A DNA stretch of 64,000 nucleotides from Azolla caroliniana (Eukaryota; Plantae; Polypodiophyta). The stretch lies in contig JBHGNT010000003.1 of assembly GCA_043228905.1 (NCBI GenBank), positions 13,082,001 through 13,146,000 of the forward strand, written 5' to 3'. Below, piece by piece: positions 13,778 through 26,191 of this stretch. The notes under the pieces were generated by a model that saw nothing but the letters and a program-made list of their open reading frames with translations, was not told the DNA's origin and searched no databases. The position numbers and the translations under genes are program-made. How positions within the stretch are numbered: position 1 is the stretch's first letter; each line of letters starts with the position of its first letter.

Positions 13778-13782
<5 letters not shown>
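10552..13782 (+). CDS. Gypsy B pol: RT, RNase H, integrase (uninterrupted 1076 aa)
   Basis: VCVDYRKLN, FLDGFSGYNQ, VFLDDF, DASDIAIG, HHCC zinc finger, WGLDFVGP, SDQGTHF, NGLAESTN, WTGPVW. Confidence 0.95.

Positions 13783-13808
<26 letters not shown>
13781..13808 (+). repeat. Poly(A)28 tract at the pol stop codon of B
   Basis: Read directly. An A-rich tract lies at a similar position in D (60271-60300). Confidence 0.9.
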
Positions 13809-13989
13809 CTAACTAACTCACTCAATAGTTCTTGTCAAATGCAGAAATACAATCTTGCCATAACAGTATGAATCGACTATAAATAGAAAGTGGAATTGCA
13901 TGATTATTAGTAAGGAGTACAACCACTACACGTAGAGTGAATACTAATTAATTCCTACATTAATAGCAATTACTATTCTTTAAGTCATC

Positions 13990-16648
13990 ATGCATAAGTT
14001 AATATCTTTAAAGCATATTTCTGTATCGTCTGTGTCGCCAAAACAACAGAAACGAGTGCAGATATCGAAACAGTCTGAGCCTCCTTCGTGCCCTAGCTCG
14101 CCCAAACTCTGTTTTTCTGATTTTCATCGCTACAGAAACTGTGCAGATCTACAACTGTCATCGACAAGTGATTCAGAACAAGGAAACACAGAAGTCATGC
14201 CGATTCCTGTATCTGAAGAACTGCGATTGTGGCTTCATGAGAGAAACTTACAAGGTTTCATCAAAGTAGCAGAAGCGGAACCTCATCCGCAGGCGGAAGA
14301 ATTGGTACAACAAATAGACATCACTAAAATCACCACAAAGAAAATACGAAATGCATTACAGATGCCAAGAGGAGGCTTTGAGGCAGTTAAAAAACCTTCA
14401 TCAGAAGCACTCCAATCGTATTTCGGGGAATACTCACCCTCGGCAAAAGCATATCAGACTTATGGAGGTCGGGATGAGTTTTTTCATGAAGTGGCTAGAT
14501 TTTTATTAGAGGTGGTATTTGTCAGTCCTCGTTTTTATTGTATGCCGAAAAAAAGGGCTGGGTTTATCATAGCCGCATACGAAAAAGAGGATTTCAACTG
14601 GCCACTATTGTCGGGGGAAGCTCTGAGAGAGCAGCTACAAGGGGTAAAAACAGGAAAACCGATGAAGCAAATTTTTGGTCGTTGGTTATCGGTATTGTTT
14701 CCGATTCAAGAATCGGAAACTCCTATTCAGTCAAGAAGACCACCGATAGTACAAGCACCACGAAGACACCGACAGGTAGTACATGAAGAATGGATAGAAG
14801 AAGAATCGGCACATGCCGATAATATACAAACAAATATGCCTCAGTCGGAACCACCAAGACCAGAGAATTCCGAAAACAGGCAACCAGCAGCAGAACAAGA
14901 AACAGTTGACAATTTGATAAACAAGCAACACCGACAGAAAATCGACAACAAGCAGAGAAGATGCGACAAAGAACAAGGATTAAACAAAAGGGTAATTGGC
15001 AATTCCAACCAGAAAACAGTGAGGGATCAGCACCGAAAAGGCAACGCACAAATGAAAATTCGAATACGCCTGTGGTAACAGAAGTACTAAAACCAGGGAA
15101 TGAGAGCGTTTCGACACAACCTCACCAAGGACAATCTTCAAAAGTAGCAATTCAGGAAGCACATGGGTACTTGGATATCCCACCAGCAGCACATGAATTA
15201 GCTGCCATTTTACAGTTCGGAACTTCATACGAACTGGTTGAATGGTTGGCTAAAAGACTGACAGAAGTATCAGAACGGCTGGCTCAAGAACATAATGACC
15301 GAATAATGATACAGAAAGCCTTACGAGGAGTGTTGGAACCTCAAGAAAAAGCAGAGATAGAAAAAATAGGCCGGAAAAGAAGTGCACAGAATAAAGGGGA
15401 GGCTATTGAAATGCCACCATTACATGGAGCACTGGTCGAAATTCATAAAGAATATGAAACGGTACGCAAAGAAGCCAGTGATATGGCTGAAAGATACAAA
15501 AGTGTATCAGCATCGGCGGAGGTGCTGAAACATCAGTTTTGTAACATACAGGCAGAAAATAAAGAACTAAAGGAAAGTCTAAACAAATTGGAAACACAGG
15601 CACGGCTTATGGTGTCGGAGTCAGAATGGCAGCAGAAATTGGAGGACGCTGAGAAAGCACGTCAAGCAGAAACAACAAGGGCCAACAATGCTGTATTTCG
15701 AACTACAGAATTAGAAAAACAAATAGAAACCATTCAGAATGGTCAATACAAAGTTCTCGAAGAAAAAAATCAAGTAATAAACGAATTACAGAAAAATCTA
15801 GAAGAAGCTAAGACGGCCAATCATACATATACCGAACAAATTGAAGAATGCGAAAGGTATATAGTGTCACAGGAAAGTCAATTGACAGAAAAAGAGCGGA
15901 GTCTTGAAGAAGTCAACAGAAGAATGACGGAACAGCAGGAGGAATGGAGTAAAGAGAAATCGGCATTCGAACAACAACTGGACGAAATTCGGAAGATATC
16001 GGAACAAAGACGGCTGGATATATATGTAGTCGAATCCAAACTAATGCGAGCTGAAAGTGAGAACCGAACCACTATTACGGATTTACAGAAAGAGTTGCAG
16101 ACCGCCCAATACGTCGCAAGCATCACTAGGGACAAAGTGCAGCACATCATAGGGAAACATCGAAACCTAGCAAAGAAAATGATCGATGAATCCCTTGCGC
16201 AAGGATGGAAGTTATGGACAGCACAAGCGGCGGAATTACAGTTATTGCGTGCCGACAAAAATAACCGTCAGGTCCAAGGTGCAGGTTTTTTTAAAATGGC
16301 ACAAAAGGATATTGACAATATCCAAGAGGATATCATGAAGATATGGACGAAATTGCGGCATTTTACAGAGAAGAAATTCAACGTATTATGCAAGAATTCG
16401 ACAAAATTGATATAGGCACTTCCGTCCAGTTGGATAAAATCGAAGCCGAAAGAACCAGCAAGACTCCTGGTATTCAAGCTTCCGGAAGAAGCGAACCAGA
16501 GCAGCCAACCGAATCACAACCTGCTCCGAAGGACGACTGTGACACAGATGAAGATGAAGAGGAAGATATAGGTGGAATACATCCAAGGCCAGATGAGCCT
16601 TCGATTTTTGATATTCTGAACGATTCGGATGAAGAGCTACAGGAATAG
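13990..16648 (+). CDS. Extra sense ORF3 of Gypsy B (~885 codons, two apparent 1-nt frameshifts): conserved N-terminal domain, long coiled coil, acidic tail
   Basis: Three overlapping ORFs: 13990-15078, 14961-16415, 16343-16648. The N-terminal domain is clearly homologous to 60375-60950 in D. Confidence 0.75.
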
Positions 16649-16692
16649 GCGTGGGTTCGCTGGACAAGGTCCTGGCCCACGGACGTGCCAAG

Positions 16693-17149
16693 TGTTACCC
16701 GGACCCGGACAGTCAGTTTTACCGAACAAGTGGGAAAGCGTCGAAAACAGAGTCGGTTCGGATCGACTGTTCGGATCAATGACTCAGCAGTAAACGAAGA
16801 GAACTAAGTTAGTTAGATAATTTTGTAAATCTTGATAGTAAGTAGGAATAGTTCTTGATGAGAAAAGACCTTCGGTATACCTATAAAAGGGAACCGAAGG
16901 CATTGTAAGAAAGGTCGTTTTATTTAGTAATATAAGTTTAAGTTAGGAATATCTTGTACGGATTCTGTGTTCCTTCTATTGTCTATGATCTTAAGTGCAA
17001 GCTTCCTAATTTATAACTAAGTAACGATCACGGTAATTACCGATTAATATAGCATAATTCCGTTCGTAAAACACAATTCCTTGTTAGAACGTTGAGTAAC
17101 GACGTTCACTCTTCTGTATCGGTAGTAGTTAGTAATTAGCCGATTAACA
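16693..17149 (+). repeat. 3' LTR of Gypsy B
   Basis: TGTTACCC...TTAACA followed by TSD GCCAT. No polypurine tract precedes it. Confidence 0.96.
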
Positions 17150-18804
17150 GCCATGTCCTCTATGTGCGTTGTCCGCACTTCCACCGGCCTTTCCGGTTCT
17201 GCCTCCATCGACAGCCTCTTCCTCTTCACCAAGTCCACGATGGAGTCGTGGAACTCCTTCTTAGCGATCCCGAGCACCTCCCGCAACGACAGTTCCACCT
17301 TGCTGTCGAGGATTCGTTCTTCCAGGACCTTTCGTAGGTCCGTGGTCCTTTCGATCTCCTTGCCCAAACGGTATCCGCCCTTCTTGTGGTTATCCCGGGC
17401 ACTGAACTCACCGGCCTCGTTCCGTTTCGGCCCGAATTGGGTTTCGTATCTCTGTGAGGGTTCGGCCCTTCCGATTTTACCTACCCGTTTGTCTTCAACC
17501 AGAGCCTCGTAGTTCTGGCAAGCTGCTTCGACGAAACCCGTCTTTTCTTCGACCGGGTCACTCCACCCGGTTACCTCTTGGACCCGCTTCTCCGCGCGGT
17601 CTGGCTCGTCTCTCTTCAGTCGGGCACCGGCGAGGCCTTCCAACACCGTCGGCCAGAACTCGGCTTTGCTCTCCTTCCGGGCCTCGCTGCCCCCGACCCG
17701 AATACCGGCTGACGCTGAGTAGTGGACGGTCTCCGCGTGCCGGGCTGCCGCCTCTTCCATCAACCTTTTCATTCCTCCTCTCCCGTCGTTTCGGTTCAGG
17801 GCCCTCCGGGTATCGCTGGTGTGCACCCGACCTTCCCACAGGTACACTACCCAGCTTCTCAAAGCCTCCATAAAGTCCCCGCAGTCTTTCCGGATGTGGC
17901 CGACCTCGTCGCACCACATGCACCTACTTCCTGCCGGAGGCCGTCGGTCACGAGCCTGATCGCCGCCTTCCCTCCGAGCCTGGGCGATCTGGAGATCCTT
18001 TACCGCTCGTGTCAACTCCTCCAGAGCTGTTCCCCCGGACGAGCCTCTGATCACGCCGGTCGAAGACGAACCGGTTTCGAGCCACTCCCGGGTCTCTTCC
18101 CTTCGCGCCTGCGGTATCGGTTCGAGCTTCCTTGCTGCGACAAGTCCCGCCCCGGTCGCCTCTATATCAGCCCACTCCCACCGTTTGTCAAAACGGCCGC
18201 AGACTCTCTTTACCGCGGCCCAATCGGTCGTCAGCCCGTCTTCGGTTTCCAGTAAGGAGCCAACTTGCCCCCGATCCCGTGCGTCAACCGATTTGACAAA
18301 CAGTAGGACACAACTTGTGTCCAGAACGGTCCGATCGAGCGCCGAAAGGCGCGCAAAGCGTTCCTGAAACTCCCGGAGGAGTACCGACGCATTTCTTCCT
18401 TTGTTGGGGGACTCCACCCACTCCATGAAGCTCCACTTCGAAAGTCGAAGCGCGTCATCCAGCCCGTATTTCTCCAGAAGCCGTCCTTCGAACTCCTCCC
18501 AGGTCTGGCTCTCCGCCCGGACCTCGAGCACCTCCGCATGGATGCCCGGCATCGCCACTCGAGGGAATCCTTCAAGACGCCTCTCTTCCGGAATATCCCT
18601 CATCAACATCTCCGCCCGGTAGGACGCCAAATAACTCGTGGCATCCTTTCCACTGAACCGGCCGATCATACCGACGATCGCCTCAATAGCCCTGTGAAGG
18701 GCGCCGGTGCCCTCGCGCGCGTTCACTATCCGGTCCACGGCCAAAGCCATGGCCTCTGCAAGATCCGACCCCCTCATCTTCTGCTCCTCTGCCGCCTGCT
18801 TCAC
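17150..18804 (-). CDS. Gypsy A gag (interrupted by B)
   Basis: GRFSGKDATSYL; zinc knuckle CMWCDEVGHIRKDC; LSLREVLGIAKKE. Confidence 0.88.
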
Positions 18805-18817
18805 ATCGGGTTCACCA
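18800..18817 (-). promoter_or_regulatory. PBS of A, tRNA-Trp type
   Basis: TGGTGAACCCGATGTGAA is complementary to the plant tRNA-Trp 3' end (TTCACGTCGGGTTCACCA) with one mismatch. Confidence 0.85.
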
Positions 18818-18821
18818 AATA

Positions 18822-19468
18822 TATCGCGTTACTACGCGTGTGCGTGGAGAAACGAGGCGGGACCACCGGGGTCTTGAACCGAAGAGCAGGTGATAGAAGG
18901 GGAAAGAGAAAGAGAGAAACGCTCGGTCACGTATGAGCAAAGAAACACAGGGGCACAACCCGTCAACACAGAAGACGGGAATGGACACAGAGACAGGGAG
19001 ACACAAGTGTTTGTATATTAACGAATAACAAGTACACAACAGAGCACGCGAGCGGTTACAACCGAACAGGCCGGCGAACAGATGTCAATGCCTGTTCGTC
19101 TGCGCACGAAAAGAGGATAGGATGGAAGTGCTGCCGGAAGCACACGGGCGTTCCTCGAAGCAGCGTGAGCCTCCCGAAACCTACAAAGAAGAGCAACAGA
19201 GAACAGACAGAGGAGAAGCGTTCGGTTACGGTCCGACAGCACTTCGTCCTCCTCAATGCGCGATCCCTTCTCCCTGCGTCTCCCTCTCCTTTATAGCGTC
19301 AAGAAGGGAGCCGTCTCCCTCATTTACTTCCTACCTACCGAATCTAACTACCCGGATATGCCTTCGTACTTAATTCCCTATTACATACATTAAGGGCGCG
19401 CACACGTGAAGAGCCGGTTCACGCGCGCTATGCACCGATTGCGCCAAGGGACGGTTTTCTTCACGACA
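18822..19468 (-). repeat. 5' LTR of Gypsy A
   Basis: Starts TGTCGTGAAG on minus. Ends ...GCGATA (TA rather than CA, in both LTRs). Confidence 0.92.
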
Positions 19469-20123
19469 ACGTAAGCCCACAACTTACGACTGTGATAATC
19501 TATGAAGGTTACAAAGTACTGTTCACCGGCATGTGACTTCATATCTACATAGCATACATCGGTGTTTATGAGTTCCAAGGCAGTTTTCCTCAGAATCAGA
19601 GGTCTCGATTGGAAAACGGCTCTATTTTGTTTGCCGGCTAGGTAGTCAAAACATTTATCCAAATGCAATTTCTTCAACTCCAGCTGGAGTTCTCTTTCAG
19701 CTAGCATCTGCATCCCCTTTTGGCTCATGTGGCATGCCTCTAATGCCACATCTCTCATGTTGTGTTGGCTGCCATGTTTACTTCCCTTCGGCATAGTCGA
19801 GCATGCATCAAATACAATGTATTTGTCTTCTGGGCACTAGCCACAATTAGGCTTCCTCTGCAGAACTTCATGATGTCGTTCCGGATGCTACCCATATACC
19901 CTTCATCATCAGCCGACCGTCCCATATCAGATTTTAATCTGACTTCCGAACATGTTCTTCATCTTTCAACACAAGTCTGCACCCAATTGGCGTTACCAAA
20001 CACACATCTCCTATGTCGACAATTCAACATGCTCCTTCATTTCCTATCTTTATAGATCCGAAATCTCCGACTCTATAAGATGAGAAGCATTTCCTGTCGG
20101 GCGTTAGGTGGAATGATGCACCC
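19469..20123 (-). pseudogene. Copia X fragment 2: protease end, GAG-pre-integrase, integrase start
   Basis: GASFHLTP at ~20100; LELINTDVC; YFVTFIDYHSRKLWAY. Confidence 0.88.
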
Positions 20124-23100
20124 TGATGATGAGAGAAAGAAAAAAGATAGAGAAGAGAAGAGGAAGAGAAAAGAATACTTTAATATACTATTAGGAAAAC
20201 AATACAATCCTCTTCGACTCCAAAAGTAACAAACCCAAATAACTACTTCAATATACTATTACCCAAAATAGTCTTTCCTTAGTCTTTCTGTCTTCTCTCA
20301 TTCTTCAACTAATCTTCTTCTCAATTCTTCTAATATTCTTATTCCTCCTCAGTTCTTCTTGTAGATATTCTATTTCTCCTTTTGTCTCCCAGTTGCTAAG
20401 AATATCCTCATATTTATAGGTTTTTCGTTGCGTTATTCTTGCTTTCTTTTCTTTCTACATATCCTCGAGTTTGTGTGATGCGTTTTTCGTATCATTATTT
20501 CTGGTTTGTCATCCAAATTTTTCATACAACAAATCTCTCTTTGTCAGCTTTCTTACAAATATTTTCTTTTGAAATTTGGATATGAGATGAAGAAGTTATG
20601 AGCTTTTTTCTTTGTCTTGCTTTTTCTGTCTTTTTTATGCATTTTCTTCTTTTATCTTTTTTCCTGCTATTTCTACTTTTGGAAAACGCCTCTAACTTCA
20701 TATCCCTTCAATTTCATTCGTCTTTTAACTCTTGACCCTTTCATATTGTGCTTTACTCTTATACTCCTTAGCATCCGATGTATTTACCATGGTGTTTTCT
20801 TACGAGCAAAAATTGACTTCACATTTAGCCCCCTCCTTGCTTGTTGAGCGAACCATTTATGGTGAGTCTAAAAAAGAGAAAATGAAAAAACTCCTTCGCC
20901 TTATGGTAGGCTATATAGACAAAGAAGGAGTATAAATACTAAAAATGTAACAAATTATTGTGTGAGAAAAACCCCCGTTAAGCGGTAGGAAAAAAATCTC
21001 ACACTCCTAAACACACATTGAGAATCTCCATTACCATCTTTCTCCTTGTCAACAAAAAGAAAGAGGTTACCACAATTATTATGTTTTTGTCAACTCTCCA
21101 AACACAAGTAGGGCCATGCGGTACATAGTTCTCAATAGACGTAGGCATGCCAACATATGAATAAACCTTTCAAGCAACCGAACTTTTTGCACAAATACTT
21201 TCAATATTTTGAAACTTGTTGGAGTTGTCACCTTTTGAATTACTTCGATCTTTGCTGCATCAACATGAATTCCTTCTTGGCACACCACATTCTCCACATT
21301 ACCTTGGCTTGTATATACGGCTATTTCATCTAGAATCTCAACTCGAAAAGGAAGTGAAAACTGATCCCGTTTGGTTGAGTCATTCAAGGGTTTGAAGTCG
21401 ATGTCATTCTTCTTTTGAACCACAACAATAGGTGAGACACACTTCAAATCCTCCATATGATAAATGAAACTCACTTGCAACAATCTTTTGAAATCCTTTT
21501 GCACAATCTCCAATCGTCGAGGCTTTTGGACAATTGGTACACTTCCCTTCAACTTGAAGTGGTGCTTGATGCCTTCTCCTCTTATCTGTGAATAGTCAAT
21601 TACGAATAACTTTGGAACCTTAGAAGGAAGAGAAATAAACCTTAGATTCTCTTCTCCTTGGACATCGCTTGAAATCATCTTCTTTTTTCCCTTTATGGTG
21701 ATAATACCTTCTTCAATGACTTCTCCTTCATCCTTACATACCATGTGGTACAATTTCTTTTCCCTATCCCAGGAAGATCCATCATTGTTATGATTTCCTC
21801 ATCTTGCTTGCCATTATCGATAGATGTTTCCTTTTCCTTTCTACACTTGATTACTCATTGTAAATGCAAGTTGTAGAAGGTGTTAAACCCCTTCGATGGA
21901 GATAATTTTATCATACTCCAATCCTGTATTACATGTAATTCTTGCATCCAAGGTCTTACTAATACTAAGGAACAAGATGACCCTTTTAGGAGTATCACAT
22001 GTAAATCCATTGAAATGGATATGCCAAAACACTCAATAACAACATCCTCTATAACTCCAAAATGAGAGGCCAAACATCCATCAACTATGTCTACCTTGAT
22101 AGAGGACTTTTAATAGATAGGTTTTCCGATCTTTCTCACTATGACATTAGATGTAGGATCAATTCTAATACCACTATCTACTAAGGCATCCTTAATTAAA
22201 AGACTTTTAATGGTTACCGAAATAGTGGGTCGAATATCCTTTCGATCTTCCACTTGCACAATCTTCACACCGTGTAATGTCTTTATACTTTGTTGTATGC
22301 TCAATACATGTCCCTGCTCCTTTTTTAGTGATGGAGAAAGTTGAAGAAGTTGTGGCCAAGTGATACGAGGTCCACTAGAGATTAGCTCTTGCTTGAGATT
22401 GAACGGTTCCACACTTTCCCCCATCAACATATCATCAATTTTAATCTTTCTTCGCGGATGTTTCTTTCTAGGTCCATCCTCCAAGTTAGTCTCCTTAGTC
22501 TTCTTCTTTTGTTGAGAGTTAATAGACTCTCCTTCCAACTCTTTATTTTTATGTGATGCACTAGATGTCTTAATGTGTGCCACATCAGAATCTTCGGCTA
22601 TAGCATAGACAAAGTCAATAAGATTTACCTTAGGAGGAACTGTTGGAATTTGCACTAAAGTACTTTCCCCTCCAACCACATGGTTGTTGAGTTGGTGAAA
22701 GTTATTACTAGTGTTGTTTTGATTACTTTGAAATGGATCCATGCCTTGACCCCAATCACCTTGTCTTCGTGAAGGACATCGTGTAGATATATGTCCCTCA
22801 ACACCACATGTGTAGCACATGATCACTCTCCTTCGCCTTGGAGCATCTCGAATTTGATTAAAATTTTCTTGCATGTTTTGGATTTTTCGAGTAATTTCAT
22901 CAAGACGTTGATTAACTTGCTCCGAAAAACTTCCTTCCACCTTAGTTTGAGTTGTTTCTTGCATCACCGGAATATTAGGTTGATATGTCATAAAAACATT
23001 AGGGAATCCATGCATAATTGATGTTTGTTGAAGAATAGGAGATTTAAATGTAACAACTGTTGAATCCGCTCTCGCTTGTAGAACTTGGATTTGTCTATTG

Positions 23101-24291
23101 TAGGCTTGACAAGTTTGGACAAGCGCTTGGAAAGTTGTAGGATCCTTTAGATTTGCTTCCAATGCAAAGTGTGGACTTAATCCTGCTTTTGAAACGGTTC
23201 ATCTTAAACCATTCATCCTCCGTTCCACCACGTAGTCGAATCCACATAGTCCAGAGGTCAATAAATTCCCTCTCATAATCGATATGCTCAATTGTTGATG
23301 ACATTCATAAACGAAAGAGTTCCTCTCGCACTTCCATCACATTTCGGCATCAAATATACTTAGATTTAAATTGTTTTACCAATAGTTGGTAATTCAATTG
23401 TTGGTCTAGTAGCAAGGACTTATACCAATCCCTTGCTCGTCCATAAAACATAGCCACCAATAGAGGATTCTCAAAATCCATCTTCCCAATTGATATTGCA
23501 TGATGTTCGAAGGCGGCCAAGAATGCTCCTGCATCTTGAACCCCATCACCTGCAAAAGCAAATTGAAAAGCCATATTGGCTACCAACAAAACATGCCTTC
23601 CCTCTGATACAGAAAGAATCGAACCTCCTTGGAGCGCCAAAATGATGATGAGAGAAAGAAAAAAGATAGAGAAGAGAAGAGGAAGAGAAAAGAATACTTC
23701 AATATACTATTAGGAAAACAATACAATCCTCTTAGACTCCAAAAGTAACAACCCCAAATAACTACTTCAATATACTATTACCCAAAATAGTCTTTCCTTC
23801 TTCTCTCTTTCTTCAACTAATCTTCTTATTCCTCCTCAGTTCTTCTTGTAGATATTCTATTTCTCCTTTTGTCTCCCAATTGCTAAGAATACCCTCATAT
23901 TTATAGGTTTTTAGTTGTGTTATTCTTGCTTTTTTCTTTTGTTTTCTTTCTACACATCCTCGAGTTTGTATGATGCGTTTTTCATATCATTATTTCTGGC
24001 TTTTCATCCAAATTTTTTATACAAAAAATCTCTCTTTGTCAGCTTTCTTATGAGATGAAGAAGTTATGAGCGTTTTTCTTTGTCTTGCTTTTTCTGTCTT
24101 TTTTATGCGTTTTCTTCTTTTATCTTTTTTCGTGCTTTTTCTACTTTTGGAAAACGTCTCTAACTTCATATCCCTTCGATTTCATTCGTCTTTTAACTCT
24201 TGAAACTTTCGTATTGTGCTTTATTCTTATACTCCTTAGCATCTGATGTATTTGCCATGGTCTTTTCTTACGAGCAAAACTTGACTTCACA
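20124..24291 (-). mobile_element. Deleted Ty3/Gypsy element C (gag, protease, truncated RT; no integrase)
   Basis: LTRs at 20124-20823 and 23643-24291. TSD CACCC/CACCT. PBS TGGCGCTCCAAGGAGGTT at 23622-23639 (probably tRNA-Asn). PPT AAGGAGGGGG at ~20828-20838. Knuckle CYTCGVEGHISTRC; ALVDSG; RT remnant SPIVVVQKK. Confidence 0.88.
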
Positions 24292-24690
24292 CACCTGAAT
24301 CGACCACCCATGTTGATTCATTGTCGACTAGGTTCAATTCGTTTTGCTCACCAATGAGCAACAACTCCTCCTCACTTGTCATGATTGCCTTGAATGTGTT
24401 CTTGATGTCTAAAATCTTATTCGGTTGCACACCGTCAGATCCCCCCTTTTCCTTTTGGAAGTGTCAGTAATTCTTTTGGAAGCGCCCCGGGTTCCCACAA
24501 TAGAAGCACGTGGGCCTTCCCCTAGACTTTGACCTTGATTACTCGTGCCTTGTTTGTCTAAGACTTCCTTGTGTTGTGTGTGTGAGCCCTATTTCCTTCC
24601 CGTCCATAACCCGACGGTTCCGCCTCACAATCCACACATAGTGACGGATTTTCACGACATAATAAAGTGTTGTTTGAGCTTCCATCTTCT
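24292..24690 (-). pseudogene. Copia X fragment 1: gag knuckle and protease start
   Basis: Minus-strand RPTCFYCGNPGRFQK and STWVVDSG. Joins GASFHLTP across element C. Confidence 0.8.
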
Positions 24691-25290
24691 TGACGTGTGG
24701 GCTTGATCATCTCTTCCTTCTTCTTAAAGCTTCTTGTGTCATGTTTCTTAGAAGGAACTTCATCTAGATCCGTCCTCTTCCGCTTCTCATCCAGACTTCG
24801 TGGGTTTCAGATATGACCTTTGCGGAGATCGTGTTGTTATCAACCGGATCCGCCCACTTGGTAAGGTCTCATACATGAAGGTTGGTTAGCTTTGCATCAT
24901 CCGAATTAATCCTCCCTTTTTTTTCGTATTCGAGGAAGGTCGGCCAAAACTCCGTTCTCGGTTTAATCTTATACCTGCAGATGCGGCATAGTGTATAGCT
25001 TCAACGTAGCTCGCAATGGCCTCATCCATGATTTTCTTTATACCCCCCCTACCGAAATTCACTTGCAAGGGCTTTCGAGTCTCACTTGAGTGTATAATGT
25101 TGCCTTCCATGTAAACGAGGTTTTGTCGAATTGCCTCTTGAAGACTAGAACAATCTTTCCTTGCATGATCAATAGTATCACACCATACACATCTATATGG
25201 GTCTTTCCCATTCGGCCCTCAACGACTCATGTTAGCTAACGAAAACGCTTCGAATTTTTGTGCCAACTCTTCAATGACAAAGTTCTCCAT
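24691..25290 (-). pseudogene. Gag fragment of an A-family Gypsy
   Basis: NFGRGGIKKIMDEA..HYAASAGIR and CVWCDTIDHARKDC match gag of A. Confidence 0.7.
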
Positions 25291-26191
25291 TGCTCTTTTG
25301 GTCGGCTCGCTTTGCTTTGTCATCTCAGTTGCTATTGGATCCTTCCTTCTTTGTGTGCCGAAATAACGCTCAACCACAACCGAGTCTTCAACAAGGAATA
25401 GATTGTCACCATCGTCTTGTCATCGTCGACTGTCGCTGCAACCGTCGCAATCTAACATCGTCGTTGTCGTCATTTGCCGTTGTTGTCCTTCACCCTTGTT
25501 TGGTTTGTGGCACAGTTGCCATTGTCAACCATCGTTGTCACCTACACCTCTTACAACGTTGTCGGTTGTGTAGACAAGAGAGTACAAATGTGCTTCTACA
25601 CTTGTACCTAGCGCGCAAGACATCGATGCTCGGCTAAGTTTTTTTGTCCTTTTTGAATTTTTCTTTCTTTTATCTTTTGAATTACAACATGACTTCTCGA
25701 TGAAACCATAAGGAAACACACGAAGAAATTATAATTAAGGAAGAATTTTTAGATGTCCTTAACTGGTTAGGTAAAATGGAAAAATGGGCAAAAGAGATTG
25801 AAGCTCAAAAACAAAAAGATAAGGAAGAAAAAGAACTACTTATTGCTGAAATAGCGAAACTTAAGGAAGACAACATGAACCTTCAAAAACAAGTTAAGGA
25901 CCTTGCGACATCTAGGGAAGATGGTGAAATATCTTTCCTAGAGGATATTAAGGACGAGATAAAAAAGGTTAAGGAAGAGGTTAAAAGCGATATGGAGTTA
26001 GCAAAAATTGGGTGGGTTGATGTAGTAAAACGTAATATTAAAAAGGAGCTAAAGGATGAAAATATTGTAAACACCACCCTTGAGGAGGAAAAAATGCATC
26101 AAGCTCGACGCTTAAACGTAAGAGTTACTGGGCTCAAGGAAGGGGCATCTCCCGACGAAGATGCACAAACATTAGGGAAGATGTTGGGCTA

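Larger units (their letters stand above)
7775..17149 (+). mobile_element. Ty3/Gypsy (non-chromovirus-like) LTR retrotransposon B, full length and young, with an extra 3' ORF
   Basis: 457-bp LTRs at 7775-8231 and 16693-17149 (TG..CA, about 3 differences). TSD GCCAT at 7770-7774 and 17150-17154. No chromodomain and no additional RNase H seen. Confidence 0.96.
3701..19468 (-). mobile_element. Ty3/Gypsy LTR retrotransposon A, degenerate, interrupted by element B
   Basis: Two 647-bp LTRs (3701-4347 and 18822-19468), a PBS, a PPT, and gag-pro-RT-RH-IN order on the minus strand. The integrase core is largely deleted near 5060. Confidence 0.92.

Noticed and set aside
14961-16415. Host myosin/SMC-like gene or retroviral Env
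   Set aside because: It lies inside B between pol and the LTR. It is a generic coiled coil with no motor domain, signal peptide or transmembrane segment seen.
16649-16690. Real tRNA gene before the 3' LTR of B
   Set aside because: Only T-arm and acceptor-like sequence is present. No D-arm, anticodon arm or 5' acceptor strand is visible, so it is reported as a mimic only.
20940-21080. Additional LTR fragment inside C
   Set aside because: It resembles Copia U5 motifs, but no boundaries or TSD could be fixed.
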